A DNA stretch of 61,554 bases, the filler included, from Pirum gemmata (Eukaryota): NCBI GenBank assembly GCA_002812295.1. It is 17 parts of 17 records of this genome, joined end to end, with 100 filler letters (N's around TTAATTAATTAA, not from the genome) between each part and the next. Parts side by side here need not be neighbours in the genome. Positions count along the whole stretch, not along the records: positions 25,206 to 28,682 come from PDIN01002439.1; positions 28,783 to 32,262 come from PDIN01002440.1; positions 32,363 to 35,882 come from PDIN01002441.1; positions 35,983 to 39,499 come from PDIN01002442.1; 13 more parts are not named here. One strand, given 5' to 3'. Under the pieces are notes generated by a model. That model made no database searches and was not told where the DNA came from. It saw only the letters and a program-made list of their open reading frames with translations. Made by a program: the position numbers and the translations under genes. Below, one piece after another: positions 26,792 through 38,527 of the stretch (positions within the stretch are counted from its first letter, which is position 1; each line of letters starts with the position of its first letter).

Positions 26792-28479
26792 AATCAACTA
26801 ATTGCACCGTGAACAACGACCTAGGTACTCTGGTTTCCTAAATCACAGTACTTCTATGAATTTAATGATTTCGTGAAATTCGGATTGAACGCTTAACAAC
26901 GCAATATAAAAATAATACATGATCATGGTGCAAATAAATACTACAACAAGATAAGCAAATTAACAACAACAACAGCCCATAAAATAATGATGATGATAAC
27001 AGTAATGATATTGTTAATGGTAATAGCAATAATGTCCAAAAATATGAAAGAACATTCCCCACAGCCGTTCGAAGAATGATAAGACCTATAAGACAGTAAT
27101 TTTTCATTTATTAATCAATTATTTTTATTTTGAAGTCAACAGTATTTGCTCTTTTATTGGCAAAAGGACAGTTGGTAACTTTGCTTCGGCCCAAGAACTC
27201 AATACTGCCCCCTACAGGTTAGTTTTTTGTTGATTTCGCTTTCTGTAGTTTACTATTGATCTTTATAGCCATAGTTTGAGTTATTGACACCTAACTTTTA
27301 ACCTAGAAATAGCCTTGCCCTTTGATAGTGACTATGAGCATCATTATCATATTTAATTCCACTAAAAATTGAATACGGACGGACGGTTTGTAATTTTTGA
27401 TATGTAGATTTTATTTCGTCTGTTCTTTGCTTTATTAATCAGTATTATTGGTATTGGGTTTTTTAATAGATTTACATTTGATTCAAAATTTGATTTTATA
27501 TTCTGATTCGCTTAAAAGTCAAAATGAAAACTGGATTCCTATTTGTTTACCGAAATTCGAAGACAAAGGTAGTTTAAATTTGAATATCATTCTGATTTTG
27601 GAAATAGCCCTCACATAATCCTCGCCTTTAAACAAACCATAAAATTCTACTTTTATCTCTCCCGGTGTTTGTTTTCTTATTAATATTTAATTTCTAACTA
27701 CTGTAACAAATTGCTTCTAAAACTTGATCCCTTCGCTGCTACTTGTGACCCGCCCAGACACTTCTTATTATTTCCGTAACCGAAATTTTAGCTCCGAGAA
27801 GTTGGGTCGGTTTTCATTTTTTTCTAAACATACCAAACTGAGGTACTTTTTTTTAATAATCATATCGTAATTTTCAACCATGCTAAACCTGAACTCCTGT
27901 TTTGCTTAAACGAATTACTGACTTTTTTCAATTTTGGGGATTACTTAGGATTTTTATATACTCACATCTCCTATCTCGATGATGATTTTAATGTTTGTCT
28001 TCTATTGTTTTCAACGGATAGAGATATTGATACGTTTTCTGAACTTTCCGCGTCTCGAACTCATATTTTACAGGTTTTCATTTTTAAAAAAATTTTTCGT
28101 TTGCTGTCGTTTATAGTATTTTATGTAATGTTTCTAAACTCAATCTTATCAATAATTCAAATTAATGACATCTTACTAGCAATTAGAGAATACGAAAACT
28201 TTGAGTATGATAAAGGAAGCCCTAGCATACGAATACACAATCGGTAAGTAATTTATATGCTATCTCAAATTATATATACGTGGGGATCTACCAAACTTTT
28301 GAACTTTTAAGGTTATGCAATATTTGTGTAATGTGTAGCTGTTTATAACATAATATTATAAAATAATATCTTACACTATTTTTAATGTAAAAGATGATGT
28401 TGATGCGCCGGGACTGAAACATTTTCTATTTCATTCAAAAACGACTGAGCAATGGACAAGCCCCAAGTTTGAAGATAAG
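25406..28479 (+). CDS. MON1: Vacuolar fusion protein Mon1/SAND (Rab7 GEF subunit), internal exons 25406-25520, 25881-26020, 27136-27217, 27470-27568, 27949-28073, 28180-28243, 28394-28479
   Basis: Spliced translation LSLQLEYLYNQIISVLT..NFDLRRLLAGTEKF..DPSFFLKAVRSLYL..DLHLIQNLI..ENWIPICLPKFEDKGFLYTHISYL..CLLLFSTD..PGLKHFLF matches Mon1 conserved blocks; all junctions are GT-AG and in phase. Confidence 0.9.
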
Positions 28480-29199
28480 GTGAAGGAATGTAAAAACACG
28501 TAATGATTTTTTATTATAATAATACTACGGGTTAGGAGTTAGGGGTTAGAGGTTAATGTCTTACGTTATATATATATTATTTATTTCATTTTATTTATTT
28601 CATTTATTTTATTTTATTTATGTTATTTATTTTATTTATTTTTATTTATTTTATTTATTTATTTATTTTATTTATTTTATTTNNNNNNNNNNNNNNNNNN
28701 NNNNNNNNNNNNNNNNNNNNNNNNNNTTAATTAATTAANNNNNNNNNNNNNNNNNNNNNNNNNNNNNNNNNNNNNNNNNNNNTATTATTATTATTACTCA
28801 TCTCATCCTAGGCCAAATTCGGTTGGTATTATAGCTCAGATTTAGAAGATATCAGAGCAAGAATGAAAGAGTTGGTACTCCAAGGAAGGAAAAAATCAGG
28901 TTTGTGTTTGTAGGTGGGAGGATGGGAGAGGAGGAAATACTATTAACAATATTAACAATATTAACAATAAGCAACAGAATCCTAGTCCTAACCTTTAGTT
29001 AAAACGAAATAACCATGATAATGTTACAAAAAAAAAAGGTTCGAAGAATTTTTTTATTTAAAACAAAGCAAAACACGAAAATTCGTATATAACAATTGAA
29101 ATTTCTTTCAGCTAATTATTTATTATTATTGTTGTTGTATCTTTGTATGTGGTAAAGCAACCGAAGGTCAAGGGCACACTGGAGGAAGATCGGTAACCA

Positions 29200-29266
29200 A
29201 ATACCCATACCCGTACCCACACATACCCATACCCATGCATACCTATACCCATACCCATGCATACCT

Positions 29267-29300
<34 letters not shown>

Positions 29301-29347
29301 TCATACCCATACTCATACCCATACCCATACTCATACCCATACCTATT

Positions 29348-29425
<78 letters not shown>

Positions 29426-29620
29426 ACCATAACCATACCCATAACCATAACCATAACCATAACCATAACCATAACCATAACCATAACCTTACCCATGCCC
29501 ATAACCTTACCCATACCCATACCCATAATTATAATCATAATCATNAACCATAACCATAACCATAACCATAACCATAACCATAACCATAACCATAACCAGA
29601 ACCAGAACCAGAACCAGAAC
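29200..29620 (+). repeat. (CCATAC)n/(CCATAA)n/(CCAGAA)n hexamer microsatellite
   Basis: Direct reading; produces spurious HT/MG/YP ORFs. Confidence 0.9.
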
Positions 29621-29875
29621 CAAAACTGCCATTAACCGATATTCTATTGTATAATTTTTGGGCATGTAAAAGTTTATGGGAAAGTAAAATGTAACATGAT
29701 AATGCACTAATTATATTTTTTGTTTGGATAAAATAATTTTAAAATTTAATACTTTTTGGTTTTCTAAACTATGTCCAGAAAACGCTTGAACTACTAACTT
29801 TACCCAATTTTATTCATCGATTTTATTGATCAATATAATCATGGCGGTACTAATACTAATACTAATACTGATGCT

Positions 29876-29953
<78 letters not shown>

Positions 29954-30034
29954 TGCAAGAGTAACAGTGATAATAGCAATGATGATCGTAGGGCTGATAA
30001 TAGCAAAATATCAAGAAAAGATAGTAAAGTCACC

Positions 30035-30445
30035 ATGTCTGTTAACCTAACTTATAGTAATGTTGCTGATGATAATGATGACGAAAACGGCAACATAAAC
30101 GTTGTGGAGGATCCACCACTCTATTCAAAGAATAATTACAAAAAACCTCAATCAATACTTAAGAAAACAGATAATAATGCTAATGCTACTGCTACTACTG
30201 CTGATGCTACTGCTGATGACGGTGTTGGTATTAGTAAGAACGTTACAAATGTAACACCTAAAAGAAAATTACAATGGAGGCAGAGTATGGTGTTCGTTGA
30301 AAAACAATCTGTTATGTATTCCCAGTTAGATCCTGAAGCAAGGCGGAAAAAAAAGAAAGTGATGCTTTTAAAATTAACAAGAAAATCAGTCAGCGCCAAA
30401 TGCAGAAAAGCTAACAAAACGTTTAATTTTACCTATAATGTATAG
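30035..30445 (+). CDS. Probable terminal exon of an uncharacterised low-complexity protein (upstream exon candidate 28811-28899)
   Basis: 136-aa open frame extending upstream into poly-Asn; exon-like AG..GT block AKFGWYYSSDLEDIRARMKELV; exact splicing unresolved. Confidence 0.45.
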   Translation: MSVNLTYSNVADDNDDENGNINVVEDPPLYSKNNYKKPQSILKKTDNNANATATTADATADDGVGISKNVTNVTPKRKLQWRQSMVFVEKQSVMYSQLDPEARRKKKKVMLLKLTRKSVSAKCRKANKTFNFTYNV

Positions 30446-31062
30446 TTTACTTTTTATTGTTGGATTCTAATATATAATATTATATATATCACTTAAATAA
30501 TATAATATACTAAGAACGTCCAAATAAGTACTACAATCAAAAGCTAAATTTTCAAAAAATGATATATATACATTGACGTTCCCACATCTGCTTGCTGGCC
30601 ACTAGAAAAGAAAGTTTTGCGTGAATATACATATATATATATAATATGCTAGAATTGTTAATAAAAGTATAACTAATATAACTAATAAGTGTACTGGCAT
30701 GCTTGTTAAGCACCTGATTGGCAGAGGCTAATTAATAAGCGTACGGCATGGTTAGTAAGCACCTTATTGACGGGCGCTTAACTCGAATCGAAAGCGTGTG
30801 TAAAAAGTGTTTATCTCTTTTATAAATATGGAGGCTCGGTGACTGTCGAACTAGTGCGTGCCGCAGGACACGTGTTTTGTGCAAGAAGACAAAATGATTG
30901 AGCGTTGTCACAGTAAAGACAAGGCTCACAGTAAAGACAAGGCTCACATCCATTTTTACTAATAAATTGGTAAAGGATTTTTATTGAACATTGATTTTTA
31001 TTGAACATTGATTATTTATATTTTCGTATTTCGTATTTCGCATATGTGTAGAAAAAAAATTA

Positions 31063-32082
31063 TTATTCAGAACAAGAATCAAACGAAACTCCTTCATAAT
31101 AGTGAGTATGATCAAAAATGCTAGCCATTATTGCCAATTGATTGGAACAGTTTGGCGATTCTCCATCTTTACATATATTGTTTACAGTATAATCTCTATT
31201 TAACCAAACCTCCGGTCCAGCGTGCTGATATCCCATAACACTCCTAGGTGGTAAATGAGTAACTATATCCCTATTTTTAACAATACGTACATATTTACCC
31301 TTTAATAACAACTGCACCACATTAACCAACGCAGCATCACCAGTTCGAGGTTGACCAAAAGTATACAAATCAAAATCTTTAACCAGCTTGCGCAATACTA
31401 CGTCTAGGCCAAATAACATTGCCATGGAACCACCCATAGAATGACCACTTATTTTCACTTTATAACCTTCGTATGTTCGCAGAGCTTCGTGCAAGCTTAT
31501 TAAAGTTTTATCCTTCAACGTTTCGTAAGCTTCTAAAAATCCAGAATGAACATGAGGTGTGATTTCATCAGCAATTTGGTATTGAGGAACTCGTGTCATA
31601 CCAAATTTGAAATCGGAATAATAATTCAACAAAGTTTTGGACCCGCGAAAAGAAACTACAATCCATTTACGACCATGATCAACCCCAACCATTGACAGTA
31701 AACCATCTTCAATATTTATACAACCTAACTTTTGATTTATTAAGTGTACTCCTAGGGGTTCAAAATTAGTACCGTCTTCTATCATAGTTTGGCAACGAGA
31801 GCAAGTAAAACTTTTCACTCTTTCTAAGTCACATAAGATAGCAGAATTATACTGGGCCAAAACCTTAGCAACAGCAGGCTTATACTTATGCCTGTTTATT
31901 CTAATGTCAACGTTACCGCCACTGCTATCGTTATCAAGGTGGATATTATTATGCAGGTGAATATTATTATGAACATTATTGATCATTTCTATCTCTTCGG
32001 TCTGGATATTAATCAAACCGTTAGTGAACTTAAATAAAAATATGGACAAAGCCATGCAAACTGTAGTAAACATATTCAACAT
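31063..32082 (-). CDS. Secreted class-3 (fungal-type) triacylglycerol lipase, intronless
   Basis: Signal peptide; IVVSFRGS, VHSGF, GHSMGG nucleophile elbow, YTFGQPRTGD, DIVTHLPP, YQHAGPEVW, DHTHY. Confidence 0.93.
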   Translation of the reverse strand: MLNMFTTVCMALSIFLFKFTNGLINIQTEEIEMINNVHNNIHLHNNIHLDNDSSGGNVDIRINRHKYKPAVAKVLAQYNSAILCDLERVKSFTCSRCQTMIEDGTNFEPLGVHLINQKLGCINIEDGLLSMVGVDHGRKWIVVSFRGSKTLLNYYSDFKFGMTRVPQYQIADEITPHVHSGFLEAYETLKDKTLISLHEALRTYEGYKVKISGHSMGGSMAMLFGLDVVLRKLVKDFDLYTFGQPRTGDAALVNVVQLLLKGKYVRIVKNRDIVTHLPPRSVMGYQHAGPEVWLNRDYTVNNICKDGESPNCSNQLAIMASIFDHTHYYEGVSFDSCSE

Positions 32083-32362
32083 ATTTTTAAGTATAATGGT
32101 ATTATAGAATGTATTATAGAATTGTAAATGTATTTATGTATTATTGGGAAAGTAAAAATTAAACAATCCCCAGGAGTACTACAAAGGTCTGTATATACTT
32201 TTAGTTATTAGTATTATTTTAAAAAGTTATTAAATAAAATAAATAAAATAAATAAAATAAATNNNNNNNNNNNNNNNNNNNNNNNNNNNNNNNNNNNNNN
32301 NNNNNNTTAATTAATTAANNNNNNNNNNNNNNNNNNNNNNNNNNNNNNNNNNNNNNNNNNNN

Positions 32363-33433
32363 AGTTCTTCTGAAGTCAACGTTTTCAACACGTTGTTATT
32401 GACAACCTTACAGTAAAGTTTAATGTCTTTTTCCATTTTGGCAATAAACTCATCATCTAATAACCCAGTACAAACTGGAGAAGTAAAGGAAGTTTCAAAA
32501 CATTTTTTTTTTCTAGTAGATACTGTACATTGGTCGTCATCGTCTTTGGCAACATCCCCGAGGCAAGCCATGAAACGAATTATATCAGGGGTGTCCATGC
32601 ACAAATCCTCATCATCTACGCCTGTAGTCTCTGGAGTAATCAATTCGGCTTGGGAATAATCAACAATGTAGCCTAAATCTTCCAAACTAGCTATAGTTAT
32701 ATTAGAAATAACTTGGTTATCATCAATAATGGGAGTCATGACCTCATTTCCCAAAATTTGCTCATCCCAATGTCCGCATTTAGAACCTGGTCCCATATTG
32801 TTTTCTACCGTCAACAGTCCCGGAAAGCCCAAAGCAGTAAAGGCGTCACTAGCTAANCAGTCCCGGAAAGCCCAAAGCAGTAAAGGCGTCACTAGCTAAT
32901 TGACCATAGTATCTAAAAGCATCTGCGTCTTTGCTATCTGCATTCTCGCATTTCGAACTGACTAAAGCCTGGGAAGCTCCATTTTTTATACTAGTATATA
33001 GCGTACCTAAGCCTAAAGAGTGACCCATTTCGTGCAAAATTAAACCCAATAAAGAACCGGTCTCTTCTTGTTGTTGGATATCGTCTTCGTCAAAGGACAT
33101 CAAGCCAACCAAGGTTAGATTGTACTCCGAGTCAACAAAAAAAGGTTGACTACTTCCTAACACGGCACCAACACCGTCAATATGTTTAATACCATATAGA
33201 ATAACTACGTCCTTTTTAGTGCGGATAATACACTTCCATTTGTCAGCCGCATTTTGAAAGGCGTAGTCAAACTTGGTATTATTACCAATATTACTAATGG
33301 TTAAATTAAACGGAGAATCATCACATTTACTGGGAATCTCCTTTATTGGGGTTGATTTTTCTGGAACGCTAACCGACAGTGTGGATGCTTTTAAAGCGAA
33401 CAAAAAAGATGGAAGAGCATTGTAGAATTTCAT
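32363..33433 (-). CDS. Leishmanolysin-like (M8/metzincin) secreted Zn metalloprotease, copy 2, 3'-truncated by the scaffold end
   Basis: Paralog of 34172-35407; the apparent frameshift at N 32857 is a 42-bp overlap duplication (32815-32856 = 32858-32899). Confidence 0.85.
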
Positions 33434-34127
33434 TTTTTACCTTTTTATTTATTAATATTATTTAAAAATTAAAATTAATTTATTATTAATTAACTTTTTT
33501 TTTATTAGCTATAGTTTATTAGTTTATTAGTTTTTTGTTATTTTATTTAGTTTGTTAGTTTTTTGTTATTTTATTTAGAAAGAGATGAAAAGGCATCCCA
33601 CTATTTATATACATTTATGAAGGAAGGATTTATGATTTATTTTATTGATTTATTTTATTATTATTATTATTATTTATTTATTTTTAAAATTTAATTTTAA
33701 ATAGTTATTTACTTGGTTTTTTTAGTTTATCAGTTTAATTTTTCCAGTGAGATCACTTTAATTGGTATCTACTATAATTAGATTTACTATTTTAAGCTAT
33801 TTACCTGCTATTATTAGTAAAGAGCATGGAACTAAGGTTGGCTCGATAAGCATCTGTTCGAAAAAAGTTCCAGCAGAGCAGATACCACTCAGATACCTCA
33901 CCCCTACTGATGAAAAAACAACATCCCACTACCAAATATAGCACTGAATACAAAAGAGCCAGTATTCGGAATCTTTTTTTTCATTTGCACAATTTTACGC
34001 TTTTGTCGCATTTGTAAAGTGTCTAGTCTATTTACTCTATTTACATTTTTTTAAAAAGGAGAATGGGACAAACAGGGATAGGTTCAAATTTTCAAAAGAC
34101 ATCAATAATAATAATAATAATAATAAC

Positions 34128-34170
<43 letters not shown>

Positions 34171-34171
34171 T

Positions 34172-35407
34172 TTACAAGTTCAATTCTACTTTACTTTGGG
34201 CAATTAGTATTTCCAAGTTAGAATGAGTAGCTTTTTGGATTTCGTATTTGTCAGTAATACACTCCACTCGACTTGGCTTTTTCTTATTTTTCTTTTGGCC
34301 TTGTACCTTGCTGGGTAGAAAGCTTAAGGGGTTGCTATTTTCCAACAACTCATTAGTAGTAGCCAAGTTAAATAAGGAGAGTTCTTCTGAAGTCAACGTT
34401 TTCAACACGTTGTTATTGACAACCTTACAGTAAAGTTTAATGTCGTTTTCCATTTTGGTAATAAACTCATCATCTAATAAACTAGTACAAACTGGAGAAG
34501 TAAAGGTAGTTTCAAAACATTTTTTTTTTCTAGTAGATAGTGTACATTGGTCGTCATCATCTTTGGCACCCTCCGCTCGGCAAGCCCTGTAACGAATTAT
34601 ATCAGGGGTGGCCATGCACAAATCCTCATCATCTACGCCTGTAGTCTCTGGAGTAATCAATTCGGCTTGGGAATAATCAACAATGTAGCCTAAATCTTCC
34701 AAACTAGCTATAGTTATATTAGAAATAACTTGGTTATCATCAATAATGGGAGTCATGACCTCATTTCCCAAAATTTGCTCATCCCAATGTCCGCATTTAG
34801 AACCTGGTCCCATATTGTTTTCTACCGTCAACAGTCCCGGAAAGCCCAAAGCAGTAAAGGCGTCACTAGCTAATTGACCATAGTATCTAAAAGCATCTGC
34901 GTCTTTGATATCTGCATTATCGCATTTCGAACTAACTAAAGTCTGGGAAGCCCCATTTTTTACACTAGTATATAGCGTACCTAAGCCTAAAGAGTGACCC
35001 ATTTCGTGCAGAATTAAACCCAATAAAGAACCGGTCTCTTCTTGTTGTTGGATGTCGTCTTCGTCAAAGGACATAAAGCCAACCAAGGTTAGATTGTTCT
35101 CCGGGTCAACCATATAAGGTTGACTACTTCCTAACACGTCACCAACACCGTCCATATGACTAATACCATATAGAATAACTACGTCCTTTTTAGTGCGGAT
35201 AATACACTTCCATTTGTCAGCCGCATTTTGAAAGGCGTAGTCAAACTTGGTATTATTACCAAAATTAGTAATGGTTAAATTAAACGGAGAATCATCACAT
35301 TTACTGGGAATCTCCTTTATTAAGGTTGATTTTTCTGGAACGCTAACCGACAGTGTGGATGCCTTTAAAGCGAACAAAAAAGATGGAAGGGCATTGTAAA
35401 ATTTCAT
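34172..35407 (-). CDS. Leishmanolysin-like (M8/metzincin) secreted Zn metalloprotease, copy 1, intronless
   Basis: Signal peptide; DGVGDVLGSS, LILHEMGHSLGLG (HExxH), GHWDE (third His), NEVMTP (Met-turn), SNITIASLEDLGY. Confidence 0.88.
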   Translation of the reverse strand: MKFYNALPSFLFALKASTLSVSVPEKSTLIKEIPSKCDDSPFNLTITNFGNNTKFDYAFQNAADKWKCIIRTKKDVVILYGISHMDGVGDVLGSSQPYMVDPENNLTLVGFMSFDEDDIQQQEETGSLLGLILHEMGHSLGLGTLYTSVKNGASQTLVSSKCDNADIKDADAFRYYGQLASDAFTALGFPGLLTVENNMGPGSKCGHWDEQILGNEVMTPIIDDNQVISNITIASLEDLGYIVDYSQAELITPETTGVDDEDLCMATPDIIRYRACRAEGAKDDDDQCTLSTRKKKCFETTFTSPVCTSLLDDEFITKMENDIKLYCKVVNNNVLKTLTSEELSLFNLATTNELLENSNPLSFLPSKVQGQKKNKKKPSRVECITDKYEIQKATHSNLEILIAQSKVELNL

Positions 35408-36017
35408 TTTTACCTTTTTATTTATTAAAAATTAATTTATTATTAACTTTTTTTTTATTAGCTATAATTTATTAGTTTATTAGTTTTTTGTTATTTTATT
35501 TAGTTTATCAGTTTTTTGTTATTTTATTTAGAAAGAGATGAAAAGGCATCACACTATTTATATACATTTTTGAAGGAAGGATTTATGATTTTATTATTAT
35601 TATTTTTATTTATTTATTTTTAAAATTTTATTTTATTTATTTATTTACTTGGTTATTTTTTTTATTTTCTTATTATTATCCAGCATTCTATTTATTTTTT
35701 CCAGATCGAGATAAAAAAAACATCCCACTACCAAATATAGCTTTTGAGCCAGTTTACGCTTTTGTCGTGTCTATCATAGTAGTCTATAATAAAATACAGT
35801 TAATTAAAATACATTTTAAAAATTAATTTTTTAAAAAAGGAGAATGGGACAACCAGGGAAATTTTCAAAAGACATCAATAATNNNNNNNNNNNNNNNNNN
35901 NNNNNNNNNNNNNNNNNNNNNNNNNNTTAATTAATTAANNNNNNNNNNNNNNNNNNNNNNNNNNNNNNNNNNNNNNNNNNNNACCCCAACCCCAACCCCG
36001 TTTTCAATGTATACTAG

Positions 36018-36222
36018 AATACAAATGGGAGCTATTTTGTTCTGGATACCTTGTGCTATTGGTGCTGTGTGTAATATATTACAGTTTATATTAGTATGTA
36101 TATTTCCAGCTCGACCAATTTATAAACAAATGCATGACAAAGAAACTATGCTGAACACAAATAAAAGAAAGAACAGTTGTTATGGTAGTGATGATAATGA
36201 TAATAATTATATTGATGCATAA
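36018..36222 (+). CDS. Last exon of a SWEET/MtN3-like sugar transporter
   Basis: TAG acceptor at 36015-36017; ILFWIPCAIGAVCNILQFILVCIFP resembles SWEET TM7 (xIPNxxGxxLxxxQLILYxIYP). Confidence 0.55.
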
Positions 36223-38030
36223 TGTTAATGTATCTTATGTTAAAGTAGTGTTTGTAAGGTTATTATATGGTTATATATAATAAACATAATACAAAGAAAA
36301 GAAAGAATAGTTATTTTGGTAGTGATGATAATGATAAACAATGAGGAGCAATGCTAATTAATTTGAAGCATATTGATGACTTATTATTTAATATTAATGC
36401 ATCTTATATTAAAGTAGTGTTTGTATGGTTGTTATGGTTATATGATAAGCACTATACAAAGAAAAGAAAGAATAGTTATTTTGGTAGTGAGAAGAAATTA
36501 TGGTATTGTTAATAATGATAAAGAATGAGAAACAATGCTAATTAGTTTGAAGTATGTTGATGACTTATGATTTAATATTAATGCATCTTATGTTAAAGTA
36601 GTGTTTGTAAGGTTGTTATGGTTGTATATAATAAGCACAATACAAAGAAAAGAAAGAATAGTTATTAAATTTTTGGTAGTGATGATAATGATAAACAATG
36701 CGAAACAATGCTAATTAACTTGAAACGATTACATATTGATGACTTATGATTTAATATTGGTGCATCTTGTGTTAAAGTGTGTCTGTAAGGCTGTTATGGT
36801 TATATATAATAAGCACAATACAAAGAAAAGAAAGAATAATCATTTTGGTAGTGAAAATAATGATAACAATGGGAAACAATGCAAATTAATTTGAAACGTT
36901 TACATATTGATGACTTATGATTTAATATTAATAGGGTTGTTATGGTTATATATAATAAGAACAATGCAAAGAAAAGAAAGAATAGTTATTTTGGTAGTGA
37001 TGGTAATGATAAACAATGAGAAACAACAATGCTGATTAATATGAAGCATATTGATGATTTATGATAAAATATTGATGCATCTTATGTTAATTAAATTAGT
37101 GTTTGTAAGGTTGTTATGGTTATATATAAATAAGCACAATACAAAGAAAAGAAAGAATAGTTATTTTGGTAGTGATAATAATGATAAACAATGAGAAACA
37201 ATGCTAATTAATTTGAAATTTATTGATGACTTGTTGTTATATGGTATATATAATAAGTACAATACAAAGAAAAGAAAGAATAATGATAAACAATGAGGAG
37301 CAATTCTAATTAATTTGAAGCATATTGATGACTTATTATTTAATATTAATGCATCTTATATTAAAGTAGTGTTTGTATGGTTGTTATGGTTATATATAAT
37401 ACGCACAATACAAAGAAAAGAAAGAACAGTTGTTAGGGTAGTGATGATAATGATAATAATTATTATATTGATACACAATTGAAATATATTGATGACTTTT
37501 ATGATTTAATATTAATGCATCTTATGTTAAAGGTTGTTATGGTTATAAATTATATATAATAGGAACAATACAAAGAAAAGAAAGAATAGTTATTATGGTA
37601 GTGACAATAATTGTTAATGGTTATATATAAAAAGCACAATACAAAGAAAAGAAAGAATAGTTATTTTGGTAGTGATGATAATGATAAACAATGCTAATTA
37701 ATTTGGAACGATTACATACTTCTGTTAAAAAGTAGTGTTTGTAAGGTTGTTATGGTTATATATATAATAAGTACAATACAAAGAGAAGAAATAATAGTTA
37801 TTTTGGTAGTGATGATAATGATAAACAATAAGAAACAATGCTAATTAATTTAAAACATTTACATATTGATGACTTATGATTTAACATTAATGCATCTTAT
37901 GTTAAAGTAGAGTTTGGGTTGTTATGGTTATATATAATAAGCACAATGCAAAGAAAAGAAAGAATAGTTATATGGTAGTGATAATAACGATAAACAATGA
38001 GAAATATTGCTACAATGCTAATTAATTGGA
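36150..38030 (+). repeat. Tandem array of ~13 diverged units of about 120-185 bp
   Basis: Recurrent core AAGCACAATACAAAGAAAAGAAAGAATAGTTATTTTGGTAGTGATGATAATGATAAACAATG..TTGATGACTTATGATTTAATATTAATGCATCTTATGTTAAAGTAGTGTTTGTAAGG. Confidence 0.92.
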
Positions 38031-38146
38031 AATATTATATTAATTACTTACAATATAAAATTGAAGTAATTTTTAACAAATTAATGAAACTAAATTACTA
38101 GTGAATATAGTGTTTGAGTATAATAATGATTAATTGTTATATTAAT

Positions 38147-38527
38147 GTTATGGTTATGGTTATGGTTATGGTTATGGTTATGGTTATGGTTATGGTTATG
38201 GTTATGGTTATGGTTATGGTTATGGTTATGGTTTTTCTGTTAAGGTAGTGCTGGTGTTTGCAATTTTGTTATGGTTTTATATGTATATAATAAGCACAAT
38301 ACAAATAACAGAAAGAATAGTTATTATGGTGGTGGTGATAAACAATATTAATGATTATGGTTATAGTTATGGTTTTATGGTTATGGTTATGGTTATGGTT
38401 ATGGTTATGGTTATGGTTATGGTTATGGTTATGGCTATGGTTATGGTTATGGTTATGGTTATTGTCATTGTTATGTTTATGGTTATGGTTATGGTTATGG
38501 CTATGGTTATGATTATGGCTATGGTTA
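38147..38527 (+). repeat. (GGTTAT)n microsatellites
   Basis: Direct reading. Confidence 0.9.

Noticed and set aside
29116..29707. MG/HT/YP-repeat ORFs (also 2238-2584, 21530-21958, 38248-38568, 39855-40143, 60239-60508)
   Set aside because: Translations of microsatellites
32849..32899. Frameshift suggesting protease copy 2 is a pseudogene
   Set aside because: A single N flanked by an exact 42-bp duplication is a scaffolding overlap artefact; removing it restores the frame
31063..35407. Lipase-protease secreted gene cluster
   Set aside because: Separated by the artificial linker at 32263-32362
36150..38030. CRISPR-like array
   Set aside because: Whole units are homologous with no unique spacers; eukaryotic context and no cas genes
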